Position numbers and translations under genes: made by a program | From: an uncultured Alphaproteobacteria bacterium | GTDB taxonomy: Bacteria; Pseudomonadota; Alphaproteobacteria; Rs-D84 | Direction: 5' to 3' | DNA: 64,000 nt | Assembly: GCA_934272785.1 (NCBI GenBank) | Contig: CAKQSE010000002.1 | Location: 67,588 to 131,587, forward strand | Notes under the pieces: generated by a model | Told to the model about the DNA's origin: nothing | The model's input: only the letters and a program-made list of their open reading frames with translations | The model's database searches: none | Part shown: positions 33,982 through 43,415 of the stretch, piece by piece | Numbering within the stretch: position 1 is the first letter of the stretch | Layout of the letters: each line of letters opens with the position of its first letter

Positions 33982-34941
33982 ATGTCAAACATAGTTCTGG
34001 ATTCTTTGCTGAAACCATTGTCGGAATTTTATCGTCCGTCATTTGTCGAAGAAATCGCAATCAACCACGCGGGCCAGGTGTGGATGCGACTGCACGGCGC
34101 GCGTGTGCCGTGGGTGGCGTATGATGCCCCGGTGCTTAGCAAACAATATCTGGTTGATTTAATTCACACGGTGGCAAATATCTATGAACGGCCGTTTGAC
34201 CCGATTCACGGGATTCCGGTTGTGTATGCAACATTGCCGGGCAATCATCGATTTACCGCAATTGCGGGCCCAAATGTCCAGTATGACGAACGCGATGTCA
34301 CCGGCGGGGTTGCACTGAACATACGTGGCGGTGGCGTAACCGATACATCGTTTGCAAATTACCATCTGGAACGCGGGCACGAGTTGTTAAAGGTTAAACC
34401 ACGCGAAAACGTGCGACCAGACGATCCATACGACCGACTGATGTCTGCAATCAATGACGGCAGTCCGATTTTAATCAGTGGTGCAACCGCAACCGGTAAA
34501 ACCACGTTTTTGAACCACATGCTGACCCTGATTGACCAGAACAGCCGCGTAATCACGGTCGAAGACGCGCGGGAAATTCACGTTCCCCAGGCAAATCGTG
34601 TGCATTTTATCCTGTCCCGAACGGAACAGTCTAATAATTTTAACTATGCGCGATTGCTGGACCTGGTGGTGCGTATGACGCCGGACGTGATTATCGGTGG
34701 TGAAATTTCCACGGATAATGCGGCGGTGCTGTGGGAAATGCTGGGGACCGGGCACGACCATTTCTATACCACAATTCATGCCGAGAGTGCCGAGGCCGCC
34801 TATGCCGCATTTGCCGACCGCATTCTGCATACCCAGCCTGCGTATGACCGCAGTGACCTGATGGCGGAAATGAAAAAGAAAATCCGCGTTGTGCAATTAT
34901 CGCGTGATGGGGCCTTGCGCGCCGTCACAGAAGTTGTATAA
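33982..34941 (+). CDS. virB11: VirB11-family type IV secretion ATPase
   Basis: 319 aa with Walker A GATATGKTT, an Asp box VITVEDAREI, Walker B PDVIIGGEI and a His box HDHFYTTIHA. Confidence 0.75.
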   Translation: MSNIVLDSLLKPLSEFYRPSFVEEIAINHAGQVWMRLHGARVPWVAYDAPVLSKQYLVDLIHTVANIYERPFDPIHGIPVVYATLPGNHRFTAIAGPNVQYDERDVTGGVALNIRGGGVTDTSFANYHLERGHELLKVKPRENVRPDDPYDRLMSAINDGSPILISGATATGKTTFLNHMLTLIDQNSRVITVEDAREIHVPQANRVHFILSRTEQSNNFNYARLLDLVVRMTPDVIIGGEISTDNAAVLWEMLGTGHDHFYTTIHAESAEAAYAAFADRILHTQPAYDRSDLMAEMKKKIRVVQLSRDGALRAVTEVV

Positions 34942-34975
34942 TAAGCATAAACAATAAACACCAAGGAGACTAATA

Positions 34976-35218
34976 ATGATACTGGATGATGAAATTGTAA
35001 CATACCCGGATATGACAAAATCCGAAGAAGAAATTAAAAAGCAACTGGACGAAAATCGCGAGGCGAAATTGCGCCACGCCGCCCGCAAGGAACGCGAGGC
35101 AATTGAAAAAGTAACCTGGTTCGATCATTTCTTGGACGGAATTGAACGCGTAAAACGTCGTTTTGGCGCCAAGGAAAAAGCCAGCCAAATCAAAAAGGCG
35201 AACGACAAACAACGTTAA
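34976..35218 (+). CDS. Small charged hypothetical protein
   Basis: 80 aa, Lys/Glu-rich, with SD aaggag upstream. Confidence 0.45.
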   Translation: MILDDEIVTYPDMTKSEEEIKKQLDENREAKLRHAARKEREAIEKVTWFDHFLDGIERVKRRFGAKEKASQIKKANDKQR

Positions 35219-35244
35219 AAAACGCGCCATCGGCGCGTTTTTTA
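35217..35244. terminator. Bidirectional intrinsic terminator
   Basis: aaaaaacgcgcc-atc-ggcgcgtttttt. Confidence 0.7.
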
Positions 35245-35245
35245 T

Positions 35246-37453
35246 TTACATAAAGTTTTGCGGATTCACGTCAACCTTGACCCGCATGTTAGCGTGGGCA
35301 CGCACCGCCCGCAACCAGTGAGCCACAACCGGTTGCAGTAATGTTGTTGGACCACCCATGACCAAGAACCGCATACGATACCAATTTCTGATTTGATACA
35401 CACCCGCCGCAATCGGCCCCATAATTTTTACGCCCGCCGCAATCGGCACGGCCGCCGCCAATGCGGTGCAGTATTTTTTCAGCGCGTCTTCGCGTTGGCA
35501 TTCGACAATCACAGCAATCAATTGTCCAAACGGTGGCATTTTTGCTGAACGCCGTGACGCCATGTCGGACGCCATAAACGCATCGCGATCACCCGCACAT
35601 ATTGCGCGCAAAACCGGATGGTCTGGTTGATAGGTTTGCAGCAGCACCCGCCCCGGAAATTCACCACGTCCAGCACGACCGGCAACCTGGAACAACTGCT
35701 GGAACGTGTGTTCGGCGGCGCGGAAATCGGTCCCAAACAATCCCATATCCGCATCCACAACACCAACCAGCGTCAGGTTCGGGAAATGGTGCCCCTTGGC
35801 CAGAATCTGGGTTCCGATAACGATATCTATTTCGCCGTTTTCCATTTTCGTGACCAGGCGTTCCAGTGCCTGGCGCGATGAAATCGTATCACTGGACACC
35901 AATGCAACCCGCGCCGATGGGAAACGGGCGGATACCTCCTCTGCTATCTTTTCCAGGCCCGCGCCACGCATGGACACGTCGCCCCCACAATCGGGACATT
36001 TTGTTGGCATTGGCGCGGTGCGCCCACACATATGACACAGCAATTTGCCCACCGCGCGATGGTATGTCATGCCCACGCTGCAATCAGGGCAACCGGCAAC
36101 CCAACCGCACTTTTTACACTGAACAATCGGGGCAAAGCCACGCCGATTTATAAACAGCATTACCTGGCGATGTGCCGCGATGGTATCTGAAATCGCAGTG
36201 CACAATGGCGCGGATAAAAATCCGTTATGTGGCGCGGCGTCTGCGTCATCCGACGGCAACCGATATACGTCCGGTCGGTTTTCACGCAAATCAATCGTTT
36301 CAATTGTTGGCATTTGCGCCCCACCAAATCGCGACACCAGGCGCAGCGATTTGTATTTACCCGACTGGACATTTTGTAATGTTTCGGCGGCGGGCGTCGC
36401 ACTGGCCAGCACGACCGGGAATCCGGCGATTTTTGCGCGCAGGACCGCCATATCACGCGCATGATAGTTACCCATATCTTCCTGTTTATATGACGTATCG
36501 TGTTCTTCGTCCACGACAATCAGCCCCAGATTTTGCCACGGCAGGAACAGCGCACTGCGCGTGCCGACGACCATACGAATTTCGCCATTTAATACCCCAC
36601 GCCATATTTCACGCCGACGCGCCGCGGTTAAATTACTGTGCCATACAACGGGGGCGGCACCAAATCGTGCAGTAAATCGGTGCATAAATTGCGCAGTCAG
36701 TGCGATTTCCGGCATCATCAGCAACACCGACGCCCCACGCGAATACGCACGCCATGCAGCATCAAAATAAACCTGGGTTTTACCACTGCCCGTGATGCCA
36801 TCCAATAAAAATACCGAAAATCCACCCACATCAATCGCCGCACCAATCGTATCCGCCGCAGATTGCTGTTCTGGATTCAACACAACGTTTCCCATATCGC
36901 GATATTGGACTGAACTTTGCTCTCTGCTCTTTACTCTCTGCTCTCTCGGTATCAATAACCCCTGGCCTATCATTGTGTGGATCACAGATGCACTGACGTG
37001 CGCGATATTTTGGATATCTGACGCCGACATCGGGTCGCCATCGTTTGACGCAAACGCATCCGCCACCGCCAGGCGCGACGCGGTCATACGCACATTATCC
37101 GTGATATTCAGGCCATACAACTGTTCCATCTTGGGCGGGGAAAACGCGTCGGGGACATTTACAATCAGACGCAACACCGCACCCGGCGTCATCAGTGTCC
37201 AACCGGACATCTTGGCAATCCATTGCAAATCCGCCACCGCCAGGCGCGCATCATACACATCTGATACATTTTTGATTTTTTCCGCCGGCAACCCAGAATC
37301 ACCAATTCCCCACACGACGCCAATATATGGCCGGTTCATAACACGGCACGCCACAAATTGTCCTAAATCCGCCGGCGCGGTCAGCCGGTAATCATATCCG
37401 GCATTTACAACATTTGGTATTAAAACTTTGACGACATCGCCCGCGTTAAACAT
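35246..37453 (-). CDS. priA: Primosomal protein N' (PriA helicase)
   Basis: 735 aa from the internal ATG, with Walker A GITGSGKT, DEEHD and a Cys-rich zinc region CKKCGW...CPDC...CHMCG...CPDCGG. Confidence 0.9.
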   Translation of the reverse strand: MFNAGDVVKVLIPNVVNAGYDYRLTAPADLGQFVACRVMNRPYIGVVWGIGDSGLPAEKIKNVSDVYDARLAVADLQWIAKMSGWTLMTPGAVLRLIVNVPDAFSPPKMEQLYGLNITDNVRMTASRLAVADAFASNDGDPMSASDIQNIAHVSASVIHTMIGQGLLIPREQRVKSREQSSVQYRDMGNVVLNPEQQSAADTIGAAIDVGGFSVFLLDGITGSGKTQVYFDAAWRAYSRGASVLLMMPEIALTAQFMHRFTARFGAAPVVWHSNLTAARRREIWRGVLNGEIRMVVGTRSALFLPWQNLGLIVVDEEHDTSYKQEDMGNYHARDMAVLRAKIAGFPVVLASATPAAETLQNVQSGKYKSLRLVSRFGGAQMPTIETIDLRENRPDVYRLPSDDADAAPHNGFLSAPLCTAISDTIAAHRQVMLFINRRGFAPIVQCKKCGWVAGCPDCSVGMTYHRAVGKLLCHMCGRTAPMPTKCPDCGGDVSMRGAGLEKIAEEVSARFPSARVALVSSDTISSRQALERLVTKMENGEIDIVIGTQILAKGHHFPNLTLVGVVDADMGLFGTDFRAAEHTFQQLFQVAGRAGRGEFPGRVLLQTYQPDHPVLRAICAGDRDAFMASDMASRRSAKMPPFGQLIAVIVECQREDALKKYCTALAAAVPIAAGVKIMGPIAAGVYQIRNWYRMRFLVMGGPTTLLQPVVAHWLRAVRAHANMRVKVDVNPQNFM
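36915..36946. repeat. Copy of the AGAGAGCAGAG repeat family lying in frame inside priA
   Basis: The minus strand reads AGAGAGCAGAGAGTAAAGAGCAGAGAGCAAAG and is translated as REQRVKSREQS in the linker before the helicase core. Confidence 0.6.
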
Positions 37454-37525
37454 AATGACAAAATACTTGTTTTTTTCGTTTTTTTCAATACCATTTATTA
37501 TAATTTTTAACAATGCGGGGAACAC

Positions 37526-38272
37526 ATGTGGAAACAGTTTTACGAGATTTGTGATATTTTATGCAATCTGATACCAGATCCGCACGTCCGCCGCCGCATT
37601 CGTAAAAAGAAACTGTTTGACTGGCGCGCGAAATACAACGCCCTGCGCGCGGCATGCCCTGAATTAAAATTCAGACACGTCAAAATGATAAAGGGCGGAT
37701 GGAACATCGGTTTCATCGTTGACCACAAATACGTTTTTAAAACACGCAAGTTTTTTAATGCGACCGTTCCGGCCGAACGTATCATGCGGGAAAAGCGAAT
37801 TACAGACGCGTTTGAAACAATTTCGCCCCTGCGCATACCCAAGATTGAAATTATCAACGCGGGCAAATATACGTTCTATAAATACAATTTTATTCCGGGC
37901 AAGAATCTGAACACATGTTCGGCCCGAACAATTCGTCGCAATGCGTGGCGTTGGGGGGCCCAGTTGGCCGGATTTATAAACGCCGTGCACAATGCCAGAC
38001 CGGTCGAAATCCGCGACATGCAACGCGGTGATGGCGATGGGTGGAACCATAACGACATATGTAACAACATTATCATCAATCCAAAAACGATGGATATTGT
38101 TGGACTGATTGATTGGGAATATGCGGGCTGGGGCCGACTGGATACGGAATTTAACAACTGCACCGCGTTTTCAAAAAAGATGCGCGCGTCCGATATTCTG
38201 ATTGCGATACAGTCTGAATATCAATCAATGCAGCCAGAAAAAAATCCAACTGACGGCGAACAAAATTATTGA
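37526..38272 (+). CDS. APH/choline-kinase-family phosphotransferase-like protein
   Basis: 248 aa. WNHNDICNNIIINPKTMDIVGLIDWEYAGWG fits the HxDxxxxN...DWE pattern. Confidence 0.55.
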   Translation: MWKQFYEICDILCNLIPDPHVRRRIRKKKLFDWRAKYNALRAACPELKFRHVKMIKGGWNIGFIVDHKYVFKTRKFFNATVPAERIMREKRITDAFETISPLRIPKIEIINAGKYTFYKYNFIPGKNLNTCSARTIRRNAWRWGAQLAGFINAVHNARPVEIRDMQRGDGDGWNHNDICNNIIINPKTMDIVGLIDWEYAGWGRLDTEFNNCTAFSKKMRASDILIAIQSEYQSMQPEKNPTDGEQNY

Positions 38273-38331
38273 CAACAAATATTTTTGTCCTATATTACCC
38301 CTGTAATAAATAAACCAAGGGGACGTGTCGC

Positions 38332-38796
38332 ATGGAACACTTTAACAAAAAGCAATCCGCCAGCCAGGCAAAATTTGGCGAATTCACACGTAAAATCTCG
38401 GCCGAGGTTATCGAACGTTACGGTCCATCATATGCAACCCAGGACACTGTCCGCAACACATGGCGCGCAGAATTACCATATACCCAGGAAATTGCCGACC
38501 TGTTGGTGTTAAAGGCACGCGTGTTTGTCCGCATGCTGGACGAAGACTCATCTGATTCCAAGAATATGGGATTTCTGGACGCGTTGACCACATTGATGGC
38601 AGATTACCTGTCGGCATATACAATGCGCGCCCCCGGCGTGCCAAAGCGCAAAGTTGCCAAGGAAATCCTGAAACGCCAATTGTTCACCGAATTCCCATAT
38701 ATCATTAAATTAAAGGCCACCCAAGAATCTGCACGTAATGCGCGACGCCCCTTTGTCCGCGCGACATTTGGTGGCAAATCGGGTCATCAACGGTAA
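38332..38796 (+). CDS. Hypothetical protein
   Basis: 154 aa ORF with no motif recognised. Confidence 0.4.
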   Translation: MEHFNKKQSASQAKFGEFTRKISAEVIERYGPSYATQDTVRNTWRAELPYTQEIADLLVLKARVFVRMLDEDSSDSKNMGFLDALTTLMADYLSAYTMRAPGVPKRKVAKEILKRQLFTEFPYIIKLKATQESARNARRPFVRATFGGKSGHQR

Positions 38797-39665
38797 TCCG
38801 TAACCGGGACGTCTGAACGGTCCAAAATTAAATCGGCAGCGAACTGAGTGCGAAACCACGTTCGCTGCCGTTTTGCATATTGATTTGTTTTTGTAATCCA
38901 GTTCTGGATACACGCGTCCATATCAATTTCCCCGCGCAGGTATGCAACAATTTGCGCCGCACCAATTGCGCGCCGCGCGTCCCATTTTGCATCAATTACC
39001 GCGCGCCCTTCGTCAATTGCGCCACCAGTCAACATTTTTGGCACGCGCGCCGCAATGCGGTCCCGCAACACGTCCAGTGGCGGATTTATCAGGATTTTAA
39101 ACGCGTCAGGCGCAATCGCACCCATGCGCGGCATATTTTGGAACTCTGTGATGTGATGACCAGTTTGTAAAAAGACCTCTAACCCCCGGGCAACGCGTTG
39201 CGGGTCGGTTGCGGTAAATTCGGCGGGCAACATGCGACGCGCCGCGTCAATATCGTTTGCCACCAATTCACGCGCCCGGCGACGCACCGCATCATCAATA
39301 TCGGGCATTGGCGAAATACCGTTTATAATCGCATTTATATAATACCCCGTGCCACCAACAAATATCGGTGTGCGCCCCGCGCGCACTGCCGCATCGTATT
39401 CACGCCGCGCCAGGTCCAGGTAATCCGCCACACTGATTTGTTTGTCCAATGGCAAAATTGAAAACAGTTTATACGGCACGCCGTCGATTTCATCGGTTAT
39501 TTCGCGACCGGCGAACGGACTGGCCGAAATGTTTTCAATTCCGCGGTAAATTTGAACACTGTCGCAATTTATGATTGTGCCATTTGTTTCACGCGCCAGC
39601 CGATCGGCAAAGTCTGATTTGCCGGATGCAGTTGGGCCGGTAATAATGTATGCTGCATGTTTCAT
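38787..39665 (-). CDS. miaA: tRNA dimethylallyltransferase
   Basis: 292 aa with GPTASGKS, DSVQIYRG and VGGTGYY. Confidence 0.9.
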   Translation of the reverse strand: MKHAAYIITGPTASGKSDFADRLARETNGTIINCDSVQIYRGIENISASPFAGREITDEIDGVPYKLFSILPLDKQISVADYLDLARREYDAAVRAGRTPIFVGGTGYYINAIINGISPMPDIDDAVRRRARELVANDIDAARRMLPAEFTATDPQRVARGLEVFLQTGHHITEFQNMPRMGAIAPDAFKILINPPLDVLRDRIAARVPKMLTGGAIDEGRAVIDAKWDARRAIGAAQIVAYLRGEIDMDACIQNWITKTNQYAKRQRTWFRTQFAADLILDRSDVPVTDYR

Positions 39666-39756
39666 TTCGCCCTAAGTATAAAATTCCATTGTAATTTTGT
39701 CAACGGCGCGCTATGATACGCGCGTTACAGTAACACAAAACAAGAAAGGAAGAAAT

Positions 39757-40758
39757 ATGTCAAAAATCAGAGTTGCTATCAATGGATTCGGCCGCATTGG
39801 TCGCCTGGTATTGCGCGCGGCGTTGGAATCCAAACGTGATGATATTGAATTTGTGGCCGTGAATGACCTGGCCCCGGCGGAACAGAACGCATACCTGTTG
39901 CAATATGATTCTGTGCATGGGAAATTACCGATGGACGTTAAATTGGACGGCGAATATATCATTGTCGGCGACCAGAAAATCAAATGCATTGCCGAAAAAG
40001 ACCCAACAAAATTGCCATGGCGTGAATTGGGTATCGATATCGTTATGGAATGCACCGGTATCTTTACCGCCGCGGACAAGGCACGCGTTCACCTGGACGC
40101 GGGCGCAAAACGCGTTTTGGTTTCGGCCCCATCGGCGGGCGCAGATGCCACAATCGTATATGGGGTCAACCAAGATACATTGAAACCAACCGACCTGATT
40201 GTTTCAAATGCGTCATGCACAACAAACTGTCTGGCCCCGGTGGCCCAGGTTTTGGACAATACATTTGGTATTGAATCTGGCTGGATGACAACCGTGCACG
40301 CATATACCGGCGACCAGCAATTGCTGGATAAAAATCACAAGGATTTCCGTCGCGCACGTGCGGCAAACCTGTCCATGATTCCGACCAGCACCGGCGCGGC
40401 CAAGGCGATTGGCCTGGTTCTGCCGAATCTGGCGGGCAAATTGGACGGTATGGCAATCCGCGTGCCGACCCCAGACGTTTCGGTTGTTGAATTGGTTGTG
40501 AATTTAAAGCGGCCTGCGACAGTCGACGCGGTCAACGCCGCAATGCGCGCCGCCGAATCAAAAACATTTGGATACAATGACAAACCATTGGTTTCCATTG
40601 ATTTCACCCACGACGCACACAGTTCCATTTTTGACGCCGGCCAGACCAAGGTCCTGGGCGACAACCTGGTTCATGTGACCGCATGGTATGATAATGAATG
40701 GGGATTTTCAAATCGTATGGGCGACACCGCCGTTGCGATGGGGAAACTGATTAAATAA
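39757..40758 (+). CDS. gap: Glyceraldehyde-3-phosphate dehydrogenase
   Basis: INGFGRIGR, SNASCTTNCLAP and WYDNEWG. The start is at the internal ATG. Confidence 0.9.
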   Translation: MSKIRVAINGFGRIGRLVLRAALESKRDDIEFVAVNDLAPAEQNAYLLQYDSVHGKLPMDVKLDGEYIIVGDQKIKCIAEKDPTKLPWRELGIDIVMECTGIFTAADKARVHLDAGAKRVLVSAPSAGADATIVYGVNQDTLKPTDLIVSNASCTTNCLAPVAQVLDNTFGIESGWMTTVHAYTGDQQLLDKNHKDFRRARAANLSMIPTSTGAAKAIGLVLPNLAGKLDGMAIRVPTPDVSVVELVVNLKRPATVDAVNAAMRAAESKTFGYNDKPLVSIDFTHDAHSSIFDAGQTKVLGDNLVHVTAWYDNEWGFSNRMGDTAVAMGKLIK

Positions 40759-40859
40759 CAAACGGGGCAATGCCCCGTTTGTTATTTTCACCCTTGTAAA
40801 AACAAGGGCATATCATTACATATGTGGTGTCCCAGACAAAACCCAAGAAAGGAGACCGC

Positions 40860-41060
40860 ATGCAGAAAAACAAAGTCCTGACCCCGGAAATAATCGCATC
40901 GATTGACAACACAATCCGTTTGATGAAGGAATTGCACCTGGATAACGACCAGGATAAACGCCACATCGATGGACGAATTGCCGCACTGGAATGGATAAAA
41001 ACCGGTCAAGGTGGCAAAATTATCGTGAACGTCCCCAAGAATATGCCCGACGCAGAATAA
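40860..41060 (+). CDS. Small hypothetical protein
   Basis: 66 aa from the ATG preceded by SD aaaggag. Confidence 0.4.
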   Translation: MQKNKVLTPEIIASIDNTIRLMKELHLDNDQDKRHIDGRIAALEWIKTGQGGKIIVNVPKNMPDAE

Positions 41061-41092
41061 AAATCAAACGCCCCCACGGGCGTTTTTTATTT

Positions 41093-41117
41093 AGAGAGCA
41101 GAGAGCAAATTATTCTT
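41093..41117. repeat. Solo copy of the AGAGAGCAGAGAGCAA repeat terminus
   Basis: It directly follows a terminator hairpin, as at 13909 and 45829. Confidence 0.5.
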
Positions 41118-41208
41118 CCGCCGAAACGGCGGTAAATTCTGGTGCCCCGGGCCAATACTTCCGGGTTAAATAAAAAACACATCGTTTCCGATGTGTTTTT
41201 TATTTAAC

Positions 41209-41285
41209 TGGCGGGATTGAAGGGGCTCGAACCCTCGACCTTCTGCGTGACAGGCAGACGCTCTAACCAGCTGAGCTACAACCCC
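41209..41285 (-). tRNA. tRNA-Asp (anticodon GTC)
   Basis: The reverse complement is GGGGTTGTAGCTCAGCTGGTTAGAGCGTCTGCCTGTCACGCAGAAGGTCGAGGGTTCGAGCCCCTTCAATCCCGCCA, with anticodon loop CTGTCAC. Confidence 0.9.
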
Positions 41286-41471
41286 AGAGCAAGGCATATA
41301 TTATACTGTATGGAACATAAACGCAAGTATTTTTTTCATAAAATGAAAAATTTATTTGGGCCACAACATATATGCCACATATGGGAATAAAAACGCCTTG
41401 TTCATCGTTGCATTTATGTAAAATAATGGTATGGTAATAATCGTTTCAAAACAAACAAGGGAGAAAACATT

Positions 41472-41936
41472 ATGACATTCAAGGTATTCACACTGGGCGC
41501 GACACTGTTGGCACTGGCAGCATGTGGCGACAATGGCCAAAATCCGGCGAACTTGCGCGGGGCCAGCTTTGTTTCCGCGGGTGACGCGGCGAACATCACG
41601 CTGTCGTTTGATGAAAACGAAATGCGCTTCTATGGCCAGGTTGTGAATCTGTATAACGGTTCATACAGTGCCGCCGGCGATCGTATCAAATTTGACCAGG
41701 GCGCAACCACAATGATGATGGGACCGGCCGACGCAATGACCGCCGAACGCGATTATTTCCAATTCTTGACCAAGGTTGAAAAGTATAACCTGAACGACGG
41801 CACATTGACCCTGACCGCCGATGACGGCAAAACCATGACGTTCACCCAGGTCGAGGCCCCTGTCCCATCCGACGACAACACCGTTGTCACCGAAGAGGTC
41901 CAGGCAGTCGTCGTTGACACGCCGGTCGCAGAATAA
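41472..41936 (+). CDS. META-domain (HslJ-like) lipoprotein
   Basis: 154 aa with lipobox LAACG. DRIKFDQGATTMMMGPADAMTAERDYFQFL. Confidence 0.6.
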   Translation: MTFKVFTLGATLLALAACGDNGQNPANLRGASFVSAGDAANITLSFDENEMRFYGQVVNLYNGSYSAAGDRIKFDQGATTMMMGPADAMTAERDYFQFLTKVEKYNLNDGTLTLTADDGKTMTFTQVEAPVPSDDNTVVTEEVQAVVVDTPVAE

Positions 41937-41969
41937 TAAAAACCGACCAACAAAAAAACGGGTTGCGAT

Positions 41970-42491
41970 TTACGCAACCCGTTTTTTTGCCAGCCCCTCG
42001 TTATAATAATATTCTTTGATGCCGCGTCTATATACAGAATCTCTCACAGACGTCAGTTCAAAATCGTAACGATTTATCAATTTTTGCAACTGAGACAAGT
42101 TATTCTCGGCCACTGTCATCAACGGTTTATCCGTTCCCAGCATTTCAAATGAATTTTCTATTAAATGCGATGCGATACCCTGATACCTGTATTCTGGATC
42201 AACAAATAAACAACAAATCTTCTTTTCTTCATCAGTGTTTTTTAACAGTGCACAGCCAGCCAATTTATACATCTGAACCATATGGCCACTGCAAACATCG
42301 GTAAAGTTATTATTATCTATGGCAAAAGAATAACCCCTATTCCCGTCGCGTAAACCACCCAAAAACACATTACTCAACCACTCAAAGTGCCCAGGGTAAG
42401 AACTACCAATACTCTTGGTCAATACCGGCAACTGGTTGTAAAAGCCAATATCCCTTATGCAAAAACGCGACGAATTTTTGTAAGTTACCAT
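41970..42491 (-). CDS. GNAT-family N-acetyltransferase
   Basis: CLFVDPEYRYQGIASHLIENS is an acetyl-CoA-binding motif A. The start was chosen at the Met lying 1 nt after the ASCH stop. AT-rich. Confidence 0.6.
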   Translation of the reverse strand: MVTYKNSSRFCIRDIGFYNQLPVLTKSIGSSYPGHFEWLSNVFLGGLRDGNRGYSFAIDNNNFTDVCSGHMVQMYKLAGCALLKNTDEEKKICCLFVDPEYRYQGIASHLIENSFEMLGTDKPLMTVAENNLSQLQKLINRYDFELTSVRDSVYRRGIKEYYYNEGLAKKRVA

Positions 42492-42492
42492 C

Positions 42493-42837
42493 TCAAATTC
42501 TCTTGTTCTTGACCACAATACCAACAACGCCGAATTTATTTTGGGCATCCTGGTCATAGAATTGTTCCATTATACTGATTGCTTTTTCTCTTTCTTCCAA
42601 TCCCGTTTTTTTCACATCAATAATATCAAACAGGGACGCAAAACTTCTTGCACGCACCAGTCCCACGACCACAACAGTGTTGCTCTTATCTCCATTTTGG
42701 AAAATGATTTCGTCACCTGGGGCTATTTGTTGTCTTTTTGTATCATACAACCTCAATTCTATTGTTTTTTTACCATTTTTTATCAAATCAAAATATGGTT
42801 GTTTTAATGTCATATTGTGCGTTTTCATATTTTCCAC
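42493..42837 (-). CDS. ASCH-domain protein
   Basis: 114 aa. LKQPYFDLIKNGKKTIELRLYD...PGDEIIF is typical of the ASCH/PUA-like fold. AT-rich. Confidence 0.6.
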   Translation of the reverse strand: MENMKTHNMTLKQPYFDLIKNGKKTIELRLYDTKRQQIAPGDEIIFQNGDKSNTVVVVGLVRARSFASLFDIIDVKKTGLEEREKAISIMEQFYDQDAQNKFGVVGIVVKNKRI

Positions 42838-42969
42838 CCATTGTCTCTATGCCCGCAAGGGTAACATGACGTTTAAATATTTCAAGGCGTTTTTATTACG
42901 CATTTCCGCTTGACAAAATGGTGCGCACCAGTTATAATCTGGCGGCAATAAAGTTGCGAACATAGTTTT

Positions 42970-43044
42970 GGCCCCATCGTCTAATGGTTAGGACACCGCC
43001 CTTTCAAGGCGAGAATCCCGGTTCGAATCCGAGTGGGGCTGCCA
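42970..43044 (+). tRNA. tRNA-Glu (anticodon TTC)
   Basis: GGCCCCATCGTCTAATGGTTAGGACACCGCCCTTTCAAGGCGAGAATCCCGGTTCGAATCCGAGTGGGGCTGCCA. It closely parallels the E. coli tRNA-Glu core. There is one C-A mismatch in the anticodon stem and one in the T stem. Confidence 0.8.
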
Positions 43045-43197
43045 AAATAAAACGACCACCATTTGGTGGTCTTTTTATTTTGTGAAGTCCCCGGATGAGA
43101 ACCGCAGGTTCGACATGATAGTTGGCAAGAACAAGCACGCATGTGCGCCGTTCGCGCCTTACGTATGGTGAGCGGTGGCGATACGCCACCAAGCGAA

Positions 43198-43214
43198 CAA
43201 TCCGAGTGGGGGCT
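43198..43214 (+). repeat. Partial duplicate of the tRNA-Glu 3' end (copy 1)
   Basis: caatccgagtgggggct versus tRNA 43025-43040 gaatccgagtggggct. It is followed by the same ttttattttgt tail. Confidence 0.6.
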
Positions 43215-43364
43215 TTTTATTTTGTCCAAAAGCCCCACGAAGGATGCGCCAGAGTACCAACGGTACGCATGGCGAATACGCAGACAAACAATTAGCAAAC
43301 CCGCAAAAACGGATATTTTATATTAGAGTTTTTGCATGGTGTTTGATTATTGTTTGACAAGGTG

Positions 43365-43380
43365 GCGAGTGGGGCTGCCA
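43365..43380 (+). repeat. Duplicate of the tRNA-Glu 3' end (copy 2)
   Basis: gcgagtggggctgcca. 15 of 16 nt are identical to tRNA positions 43029-43044, including CCA. Confidence 0.65.
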
Positions 43381-43415
43381 GAAAAAAACGCCCCCGTGGG
43401 GGCGTTATCTATGCT

